Shown here: one piece after another, positions 53,470 through 64,000 of the stretch | Numbering within the stretch: the stretch's first letter is position 1 | Layout of the letters: each line of letters begins with the position of its first letter | Translations under genes and position numbers: made by a program | Assembly: GCA_002104945.1 (NCBI GenBank) | Contig: MCFH01000046.1 | Location: forward strand, 186,001-250,000 | Direction of reading: 5' to 3' | DNA from: Piromyces finnis finn | Taxonomy: Eukaryota; Fungi; Neocallimastigomycota | Length of the DNA: 64,000 bases | The notes under the pieces: model-generated | Databases searched by the model: none | What the model was told of the DNA's origin: nothing | Seen by the model: the letters and a program-made list of their open reading frames with translations, nothing else

Positions 53470-55576
53470 ATGAGTGAATATTCTGAAAGCGAACGAACTA
53501 ATGCTAATGAGACATTAGTTGAATCTGAATCTACAGCTGTAGAAAATTCTTTACTAAATGACATTATAGAAGAAAGTGAACAACAAAATTATAATAGTAT
53601 TGATAACATTAATATAGAAAATACTGAAAATGTAATTGAAAGAATACAGATAAGTAAACTTGGTTATGTAATGTTTGTTGTTTTTGGTTTAACTATGTTA
53701 TGTGCATGGTAAATTCAATTTTAATTCTATTTTTTTTTTTCTTATGAAAATTAGAATATTTATTATTATTTATCTTATTTTCCCAATAATAATAACAATA
53801 TTATATATAATTTAAAAAATAGGAATTTGTGGATTACTGCTGTACCATTCTTCAGAAATAGATTAAGCGGTACTATTTTTCAAGATAATTTTCAAAATTA
53901 TATATCTATTATGGTATATAATTCGTGTCTTTAAAGTTTTAAAAGTCTATTTATTAAAATTAATATATAATTAACAATACATTTTTAATAATTATTTCCT
54001 AGTTTATGCTAACAAATACACTTTCTTCATTTATTACTTTAAAAATCCAAGAAAAGGTTTGTACTATTTTATATAAACATAATATATTGTTATTTTTATT
54101 AATTTTCTTTTATTTTTTATTATATAATTAATAATAATATAGATTAGTATTAATAGAAGAATTATTGGTTCATTGATGCTTCTAATCTTTTGCTTTTTAG
54201 CTACTTCAGTATTATCATTGATATCAGATATGAATCCCTATCTTTTCTTTATAATTATAATGATCTTAATTGTTATTAGTGCCATAAGTACAGCAGTTCT
54301 TCAAAATGGTGGTTTTGGACTTGCAGCTCAACTTCCTAATATTTATATGCAAGGTATTATGAATGGACAAGGTCTTGCCGGTGCAGTGGTAGTAGTTATT
54401 CAAATTGCTATTGTTGCTAATACTCAGGATACTGGTAATAATACTGAACCAGAATTTTTAAAAAATATGTATCTTTATTTCTTTGCTGTAAGAATATTTT
54501 TATTATTATTTCATGAATATTATAATAATAGTATATATAAATATATAAATATTAATTAGTAATATAATAATATATTAATATATTAATATTTGTATTTATT
54601 TATTAATGTTATAATAAAGGTTGTTTTAATTACAATAACCTGTCTAGTGGGATATCTAAAGGTCATTAGAAAAGTTGCATTAAGGATTATTAATAATTCA
54701 GTTAATCAAACTGAAGGTGAAAGAGCTTTGAATTTAAATGATAATGAGGAGACTCCATTGATCCGTCATGAAAATACACCAAGAAATGAGTCGTTGATTA
54801 TTTCAAATGACCAAAAAATCAAAAGAACAATGAAGAAAACTAATGTTCAAATATCTGCCTTATTTTGTACTTCTGTTGTCACTCTTTCCTTATTTCCAAG
54901 TGTCATTTCTGGAATTGAATCGGTAAATAAAGTAAATTTAATTTTCTTTCTCATATTTATATCTTTTATTAATAATAATACTTTTTTTTTTTTACATTTT
55001 AAATTATTAGATTAATAAAGGCAAAAATTCCAATTATTATAATAATTTATTTGTCTCCTTTGCTTTTTTAATTTTCACTCTTTGTGATTGGTTAGGAAAA
55101 GTTATGCCAGGCCATCCAAAATTAATAATAAGAAATAAAAGAATTATCAATATTGTTTCCTTTTCTAGAATTCTTTTTATTTTTTTATTTATGGTATGTA
55201 ATGTTCAATTTAAAGATAATTATGGAAATTCATTGGATCGTAGTCTTCCAATTCTTGTTAGATCAGATATATTATATTTTATTATATTAGTCGTATTTTC
55301 AATATCCAATGGTTACATATCGTCATTGCTTTTAATGATTACACCTGAATTAGTTGATGATGATGAAAAAGAGCTTTCTGGTTCAATTATGGTAAATACT
55401 ATATTTAATATTATTAATAAATAGTTATTTTTATTATAATTAATAAATTGAAATTAATAAATTCTGTTATATTTATAATAAAGGTATTTGTTCTAACCTT
55501 TGGTTTAGCTAGTGGATCTATTTTTTCATTTGCAATAAGAGCTATGCTCTGCAAATGTAATCCGTTTATTAGTTAA
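53470..55576 (+). CDS. Equilibrative nucleoside transporter (SLC29/Fun26-like), multi-exon
   Basis: FGLTMLCAW|NLWITAVPFF, LQNGGFGLAAQLP..YMQGIMNGQGLAG, VTLSLFPSV, FTLCDWLGK, SNGYISSLLLM, C-terminal CKCNPF. Confidence 0.9.
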
Positions 55577-57424
55577 ATTGTTATTATTATAAGTTTTAAT
55601 ATCGCATCAGCATATCGTTTATCATAATTATATGAAAAATAGAAGAAAAAAATTAAAAAAACAAAGTATTTTAATGTAAATAATTATTAAACTATTAAAT
55701 TTCCTTTTGTTTGATTTTTAAAATATTTTATTATTTTTAAATTATATTCAAAACTTATATTTAATATACTCAGATCATAGTTATGTTTTTTTATCTTTCG
55801 TTTATATTATATATATGAAAATTTTTCATAATAATAATATATATACTCTAAAATTGTTATACTATAATGTAAAATGCAAAATATTTTTAATATACAAAAT
55901 TTTATAATAAATAAATTTATTTTGTAATATTTAAATAAATAATAAAAAGTTTAAATTTAAATTTTAAAAGGTTAGTTTATAAAATTGGTATTTTTTATAA
56001 AAATATTTTTAAAATTAATAGTGTATATTTGATATAATAATTATAAATTAACCAAAGTGTTATTCTTAAATTATTTTCATGTTCTTTTTACAATATTTTA
56101 ATAATAAATATTTAAAAACTAACAATTTTTAGTATTATATGTATTATGTTCAATAATAGTTTGGTTCAGTAATAACAAAATTAAAAAGAATTAAAAAGTG
56201 CTTGTACCACTTTAATTTAGATATTTTTTCCCATTTAATGTTATCAATTTATAGTGTAATTAAATTATTTTGATTTCCATTTTTAAAAAATTAAAAAAAG
56301 CTTATTTTAAATTAAACTTACGGCAACCTTATATATTTTTTAATAAATTAAAAGTGTAACGGTCAATTTCTATAAATAAAAAATTACTCTAAATTTTTAA
56401 TATTTAATAATAACGGCTTGTTCTTTTTATATTTAATAACATTTTTATAATAATTAAATATAGAAAAATTACTAAAATATATAAAAAAAGAAATATTGTA
56501 CAATATTTATTATTAGTAATTTTTTATGATTAATTTCATTATATTATTTAAAAACTATATATTTTTTTAAATGTAAGCTTTTTAAAGTTAGGCAATTTAT
56601 TTATAGATTATTAAAATTCTGCATAAGAATAGGAAAAATAGGGATTTCTATCTATTTTATAATTAATAGTTATTTATCTTTTTGAATTTATCCGATGTAA
56701 ATAAAAATAAGGAGAAGAGCTATTCATGGTAAGAAATTATCCACATTTTACATTTTATTAAGGTTTTTACTTTTTAAGTCTTATATGATTTCTAATTAAT
56801 CTATGCAATTTTATTTATTTTAATATTAAAATAATAATATTTTTTTAACAAAAAAAAAGAATTATTGTACTAATATGTTTTTATTTATTATTATTTAACA
56901 AATGTAGTTTATTATTATATATGTAAAATGAAATAATTTTCATTTAGTATGTATTAAAAATGTATGGTTAATATATTAGCATGGTAAGTTTTTTTATAAG
57001 TATTTAATCAATCAATTTCAAGATTTGATCTACAATAACAATAAATGTAATTATTATATAATTGTATATGATGAAAAATAAAAAAAGAATAATTTTAATA
57101 TTTGAAACACGTTTTTTTTGTTATATATTAAGAATTATAAATTACCAAAGAAAAAAAAATATTATATATATAAAAATAAATAAATAAATTTTCAAATTGA
57201 ATTGAGACAATTACTATTTTGTTTTTATTTAGAAAAGGAAAATAAACTATCCCTATTTTTTAATGTTTAATAAATATATTTTCTATTCATTCTCCAGTTT
57301 CTTATTGTTAAATATAATAAATAAATAAATAAAAAACGTGGTTTAAAAAATAGTTGAATTAACATACATTTTTTTTTTCAATATATTATTAAACTAACCT
57401 CTTTCGAAATTAAACATTTACCAT

Positions 57425-57426
57425 AA

Positions 57427-57501
<75 letters not shown>

Positions 57502-57503
57502 AT
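57425..57503. repeat. (AAAT)n microsatellite
   Basis: Tetranucleotide run in intergenic DNA. Confidence 0.95.
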
Positions 57504-60500
57504 GTTTGTTTGATATCTTTTTTTTTTTATATTGATTTTATCATTATCTATCAATCAAAATTAAGATTATCAAATGTATTAAGAATATACTCTTATTATG
57601 TTAAATAGAACATATTTATATAATTTATATAATGTATATTTATATTTCATATTAATTTTTAAATAAAAATTTAATTGAGTAATTTTTATATTTTAATAAT
57701 ATGATAACATTAGAATATATATAACAACATATATTATCATTTCATTTCCATAATTATATTAATATATAATAATTATGAGAGGATAAGAAAACTGAGTATT
57801 TTTTAAAAATATTTATCTTTTTATATATTCATAATAATTATAGTCGCGTAATAATGTAATAATTTTTAATATGAAATATAAAAATATTTGTGGTATAATG
57901 TAGATAAAAATATTCCGTTTTTTTTTATTTTACTTTTTAATTTATTAAATTTTAATAAATATCAAATAAATAAATTAAAGCTATTTTTTTTGTTAAATAT
58001 TTAGATTTATATCTCTTAAATAAATCTAAACTTTTATATATAAAAAAAGTATATTAATATACTTATCATAATATTAAAATAGTCATTACTTCCATTACTC
58101 ATATTTTTATATGCATTAAAAATTATTTCTTTATATGGAAACTATGAAAAACAAAAAAGTAATTATTCATATATTAATAGCTAACTATAATATATAAAAG
58201 TTGTTACTAAGAAATGTGATATTATATTAATATATTTTTTATATTCTAAAATTATATCATCATATGAAAGAATAATACTTGATAAAATTATATGTAAACA
58301 TATGAAATAAATTAGATTATGTAATAAAATTAGCAAATTATTATAAAATAAGTATTATATTATAAAACATATATTAAAATTAAATTAAAGTATATATAAT
58401 TGTTTAATCATTTATAATATTAATACATATTTTTTATATAAGTATTTTATAAAAGGTAATATTTAATTAAAAATACAAAAAAAACTCAAAAAATAGAAAA
58501 ATTAAATATAGTAAGTTTCACAAAAAACAATAAATTTATTTATAACTACGTAATATTTATTTTTAAATTAGAGAAGTATATTTAAATAAATCATTTCATA
58601 TATTATTATTATATTATTCCAATCATTTAATTATTGTTACACAACTTTTCAAGCCATTTATTTAAGAAACTTATATAATAATCTTCCAATCATTTAAAGG
58701 TACAAATTTGTTTCTTAAAATAACATATAATATTAATTTTGATTACAACACCATATTATACATAAATGATGACATACATAATTTTTCTAATATTTTACCT
58801 TTTTTATATAGATTAATTAAAATTTAGTAATCATTAAAGTTTTTTTAATATGAAACGGCATATATTTTTAAATATCCAAAAATAAAATCCAATATTTTAT
58901 TATTTATTTTTAAAAACAGCATATTACATTATATTTATCTAATATAATAAATTAAATTAAATTTGCGGTTTGAATTATATAAATATTTAATATATTTAAA
59001 AAGCTATATAATTTAAAGAGCTTAAAATTAATAATAAAAAAAACTTTTATTAGATGGTTTAATATAATATATTAAAAAAAAGTCATAATTTTTTAGATTT
59101 CTTATTAGTATTGATAATATAAATCCACTTTTAATATCATGATTAAAATAGTATTAATTATACATCTTAAAATTATTAATGTATGTTGTTTTATATAATA
59201 TTTTTCTTTTTTTTAAGTTTTATAATATTCTTTTTTTTTTGAAAGTCTTGATGATTTTCAAAAAAAGAAATCTAGTATTGTTTATTAAAAAACAAATAAT
59301 TGACCTACTTCTTAAATACTGTATTAACCGTAATTTGAATTTATGAGTTTATCATGTAGTTAAATATAGTTAATTATTAATTTTTGGCTTATTTATTTTC
59401 GAAATAATTTTTAATAAACATGAGTAGAATTAAAATAATAAATTTTATCTATATTATTATAAAATAAAATAACAATAATAATGATAATAATAGAATGATT
59501 AAAAATATTACCGTAAACATGAATTTTTTTCTTTTTGTATGAATGCATTTATTATTGTTAAATTATAAATTAATTTTTTTTATTTAAATTATTTAGTATT
59601 ATTTAGTAAAATTAATAATATTTAAAGTTTTATTCAAAATTAAGTATAGTCAATAATATAATATGAATAAATTATTATTAATTAAAATACGTGATTATAT
59701 ATATTATAATTAAAAGAAATATATTATTAATATATAAGTAATATCAGAAATATTAAAAAATAAATCTTATTTATTATATATTAATATAATATATATTAAA
59801 TTCAAATAGTTATTTCTTATTTGCCTTTTTAGTAATTAATATATATAAAATATATAACTTATATATAAAATTAGTTGAAATTAAATGTTATATATTAATT
59901 TAATATTATTAAAATAAAAAATATAAACTTTAATAATTATAAAAATATCATTCCAAAATAGTAAAACATGATATTAAAATAAATAAATGAAAAACATTTT
60001 TTTCATGAATTTAATATAATAATTCGTTAGCCAATAAATTTTATTTAAATATTTTTAATAAAAACAAAAAATCTTTTTTTTTCAGAATTTTTTTTTTCTT
60101 TCATAAAAAATATTTTTGTTAGTTATAGAGTATATTATATAGAAAGTAAAAGTTTTCAATTTATAAAATTTTAATTATTTATACTTATATTATTATTTTT
60201 ATATTATTATCACAAGTGTTTTAAAAAGTAAAATTTAAAGAAAAACAAATACTTATTGTTTTTAAAATAATTATAGAAATAGGAAAAAAAAAACATTAGA
60301 ATTTGTATTAATTTAAATAATAGTGTATTTTATATTATTAATTGTATTGCTACAAGAAATTCATATTTCTTTATAATTAATAATATAAAATAATAAAATA
60401 GCTATTTGATAAAAAAGTTAGAAAAAAAAGAAAAACATTTTGAAAATGAAATATTAAGTTAATATTAAAAAAAGAATTATTTTAATATTAAAAAGTACTA

Positions 60501-60607
60501 TTTAAAACACCTCATTTATTTTTAAACAATTATATATAAAAGAAAAGAAATTAAATTACTTAAAAATTTAATTTACATAAAATCTTTCATTTTATATATA
60601 AAACAAA

Positions 60608-62284
60608 ATGTCTGATTTTGAATTTTTATTGGATAACGAAAAACCATTTTTTATGGAAAACTCCCTTGAAAACAGTTCTCCATATTATAATTCAAATTAT
60701 AACAAAAATATTTTACTAAACGAAAACGAAAAATTTAATTTATTCGACGGTATTCAAAAAAACGATATGAGCTTTTCCGAACAATTTTTAAATCAAGATT
60801 ATGCTAATAACCAATCTTTACCACCAACTCCAGATTACTCATCTTCTTTATTAGAGCAATCTAAAAATGGTTTTATGTCTTCACCATCATCTCCATCTAT
60901 TTCAATGACTATGTCACCACAAAATAGAAATCCATACATTATGAATCCTCAGCGTGTTTCCTCACCACTTTCTCTTCCAAATAATAATATGACACCAAGT
61001 TCATATGAAAATTCATATTTAAATAATGGTACATTTACAAATGGTCAAGTTAATAATATGTCACCATTTAAAGCTTTTAACCAAAATAATAATAAGCCAC
61101 AAACAATTCAAAATCCACAACAAATTATTTCCCCACCAATGCAACCGTTACCACAACAACAAAATCAACCATGTAAACAAAATCAACAGTTTAATAAAAT
61201 TCCACAACAACCAATTCAACAATATACATCTCAACTTCAAAAGCAATTTAATGATCCAATAAACACTCCAATGAATGCTCCAATGAATGCCCCTATTCCA
61301 CAACGTCCAGTAGCACTTTTCCAACAACAAAATACAAATTCTCCAGTAATTAGTAATTCACCAATGATTCAATCTCCAATAATCCAATATGCTCCAATGT
61401 CATCCCCAATGGTTTCCAATGCAACTGTCAATGTTCCATCTCCTTTAATTCAATCTACTACTATTCAATCACCACAAATCCCATCATCAAATGGTTCTGC
61501 TCCAATCTCAATACCAGTAAATAAAAATTATACTCCATTACCAGTTCATCAATATTCATACCCTACTTATAGCCCTCAAACAAATACTTATAATAATTCT
61601 CAACCAAATACTTACTCACAACCAAATATGCAACCAATGAGCATGGGAAACACCCCAATTGTTGGATCTCCACTTTCAATGGCAATTAATCCAAACAATG
61701 TACCAATTAATCCAAGCACAAATAATTATATTAGTATTAGTGCTCCAACTTCTCGTTCTTCTACTCCAGTTCAACAATCCCATTCATTACTTTCTGAAGC
61801 TGTTAATAATAGAATAAACATTTCAAATAATATAAGTACTAGCACATCTAATAGTACAACAAGCTCAGCAGTTTCATCACCATTAATACATCATCAACCA
61901 GTTTTGAGAGGCAGAAGAGTTACTCGAGATGTTAATCTTAATAGTAATATCAAGCATTTTATCTGCCCATATGAAGGCTGTGGAAAAGTTTTTAAACGTT
62001 CTGAACATTTAAAGAGACATAATAGAGTACATACTGGTGAAAGACCATTTGCATGTGATGAGTGCCATAAACGTTTTTCAAGATCAGATAACTTAGCACA
62101 ACACAAGAAGACTCATCGTAAAGATAAAACTAGAAAGACTAAGAAAAATAGTAAAAAGGTTAACAATACAACAGTCTCTAATAATGCTTCTAACGCTTCT
62201 ACTACAACAACTGTTCAACAGCTTGCTACTAACAATACTGTTAATACTGTTAATAATATTCAACATACTCCAGTTATTGTTTAG
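60608..62284 (+). CDS. Two-finger C2H2 transcription factor, Msn2/Msn4/SebA-like DNA-binding domain, intronless
   Basis: [51 protein letters not shown], preceded by a long Ser/Pro/Gln/Asn-rich region. Confidence 0.88.
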   Translation: MSDFEFLLDNEKPFFMENSLENSSPYYNSNYNKNILLNENEKFNLFDGIQKNDMSFSEQFLNQDYANNQSLPPTPDYSSSLLEQSKNGFMSSPSSPSISMTMSPQNRNPYIMNPQRVSSPLSLPNNNMTPSSYENSYLNNGTFTNGQVNNMSPFKAFNQNNNKPQTIQNPQQIISPPMQPLPQQQNQPCKQNQQFNKIPQQPIQQYTSQLQKQFNDPINTPMNAPMNAPIPQRPVALFQQQNTNSPVISNSPMIQSPIIQYAPMSSPMVSNATVNVPSPLIQSTTIQSPQIPSSNGSAPISIPVNKNYTPLPVHQYSYPTYSPQTNTYNNSQPNTYSQPNMQPMSMGNTPIVGSPLSMAINPNNVPINPSTNNYISISAPTSRSSTPVQQSHSLLSEAVNNRINISNNISTSTSNSTTSSAVSSPLIHHQPVLRGRRVTRDVNLNSNIKHFICPYEGCGKVFKRSEHLKRHNRVHTGERPFACDECHKRFSRSDNLAQHKKTHRKDKTRKTKKNSKKVNNTTVSNNASNASTTTTVQQLATNNTVNTVNNIQHTPVIV

Positions 62285-63154
62285 AAAAAAAAAATTGAAA
62301 AAAAAATTCAAGTAATATGAAATTAAATACTTTCTCTACATAAAATATAAAAATTAAAGATAATATTCTTATTAATATAAAGAGTATTATGAATGTAACA
62401 TATTAGTTAATAAGTTATTATAAAACATTATAGAATCTTAAATTATTTTTAAAAATAATAATGGTTAACTAAATGTTATAAAATAATTTTAAACGATGAT
62501 TCATTTTTTTTTTCAATTAATTTATTTTATTATTATTTTTTTAAATATATTAATTTAATCATAATTAAAATTTGTTAAAATTTATTTTTTTTTTTTTTGC
62601 TAAAAAAAAAAAGAAAAATAAAATAAATTTAATTACTATCTTTAAAATATAAAACTATTATGATTGCAAATTAATATTTATATAATTAATTTATTATATA
62701 TTTTAGTTTTGTAATTTTTTTCTTTTTATTATTATTAAATATAATAAGTATTAGAGTTAATTTTTATAAGTTATAAATAGAACTTTAATTTTTTTATATT
62801 AATTATTGTTTTAAAAAATAAATATTAAATAAAAAAGATTTTTAAACACATTTTATTTATTTATATATTTATTAACTATTATAAAAACACATATTTTGGC
62901 ACAAAAATGTAATTCTGAACATTGAAATTTATATTGAAAATAAAAATTTAAGATATACAATATTTTATTAAATAATATTTTATATAATTTTTTTTTATAA
63001 AGATGAATAACATATTTCATTAATAGATTATAATAAATGATAAGCAATAAAGATGAATAATAATAATAATAATAATAATAATATAAAGAAAGATAGATTT
63101 TTATACTATAATTCTTATCATAATTTTAAATTATTTTAATATATAAAAAAATTA

Positions 63155-64000
63155 TTACCATTCACCATCGGATGACATACTACTATTATTTTCAACTTTA
63201 ACATTAAAGGTTGTCCTTTCTGGAAGATCCATTGGAATACATATAATATTTTCGTTTTTATATCTCATACATACTTCATCTGGAATGTCTAAATCATAAT
63301 CATATTCATAGTTGTAGCTATGATGGTCATGACTTTTAGCATGACTATTAATATAGCTTACACGTTCGGCGGAAGCTAGCATCACAGTTTTTGCATATTG
63401 TGATGTTGGGTAACGTAAGCCATAAAGTGATACAGGACGTTTTACTTTATTAATTAAATTTAGATGAGTGAGAGGAGCCAATATCCACTCATCATTCTCT
63501 TCATCATAAGTAACTCTTTTTTCAATTTTTGCTCTATCCTTTTCAGGAATAAAGTTTTCAATGATGGAAGTTTTAAGGTTGAGATCCCTTGATATTTCAC
63601 GAATAGTATCTAAAAGATCTTCTCTTTCTTTACGGAATTCATCTTGTAAGTCACATATTTCAGATTTTAAAGCTTGGAAACGCTTCCAAAGTTTTTGTAA
63701 TTTCCGTGATTTCACATCAGCTTCTTCTTGAAGTGAAGCATAATGTTCTTCCATTTGTAATTGTGTTTCTTGTTTTAGTTCTAATTGACGTTGAAGCTCA
63801 CGTTCTATACGCCTCTTTTCTTCAATCTTTAATTGTGTTTCTTCTAATTCTCTTTGTTGAGAATTGACACGGTCGAAGATATTAACACCACCAATTAATA
63901 ATTTTTCTTCCATTTTCTTTAATTTGGAAGACATTTCCATACGAGATTGTCTTTCTTTGGCTAATTCATCCACTCTTTCTTCTAATTCTTTGATAACTTT
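63155..64000 (-). CDS. KIF3B: Heterotrimeric kinesin-2 motor subunit (KIF3B/FLA8-like), stalk and tail; 5' part beyond the right edge
   Basis: KMEEKLLIGGVNIFD...YASLQEEADVKSRKLQKLW...IIENFIP...DEENDEWIL, KRPVS and RYKNENI...DLPERTT match KIF3B stalk/tail motifs. Confidence 0.85.
   Translation of the reverse strand, partial: KVIKELEERVDELAKERQSRMEMSSKLKKMEEKLLIGGVNIFDRVNSQQRELEETQLKIEEKRRIERELQRQLELKQETQLQMEEHYASLQEEADVKSRKLQKLWKRFQALKSEICDLQDEFRKEREDLLDTIREISRDLNLKTSIIENFIPEKDRAKIEKRVTYDEENDEWILAPLTHLNLINKVKRPVSLYGLRYPTSQYAKTVMLASAERVSYINSHAKSHDHHSYNYEYDYDLDIPDEVCMRYKNENIICIPMDLPERTTFNVKVENNSSMSSDGEW

Noticed and set aside
56720-56990. Two CATG|GTAAG donor-like sites suggesting a hidden spliced gene
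   Set aside because: No exon chain or open frame could be assembled around them.

Overview
Very AT-rich, intron-rich eukaryotic DNA. Flagellar genes (DNAH7-like dynein, KIF3B-like kinesin-2, ZNF474-like), a fungal-type tandem-FYVE Pep7 and a WAVE-complex subunit point to a zoosporic fungus, most likely an anaerobic gut fungus (Neocallimastigomycota; inferred). Genes in order: PRP28 (5' part, -), PEP7/VAC1 (-), PMS1-type MutL (-), DNAH7-like (+), a Nup153/Nup1-like nucleoporin with 8 near-identical RanBP2-type zinc-finger/FxFG repeats (+), SPF1 (+), an intronless coiled-coil/ubiquitin-like gene (-), a C2HC zinc-finger gene (-), NCKAP1 (+), an equilibrative nucleoside transporter (+), an Msn2/SebA-like C2H2 factor (+) and the KIF3B tail (-). 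The main accessory element is an apparently full-length, intact non-LTR retrotransposon (34141-39835). It has a 13-bp TSD, a 37-nt poly(A), one 1507-aa ORF (putative RRM-like N-terminus, APE, RT, CCHC) and a 5' end made of tandem, highly base-paired ~124-bp monomers. A decayed 3' fragment of the same family lies at 41252-41710. All calls come from manual translation and motif recognition; no database searches were run.
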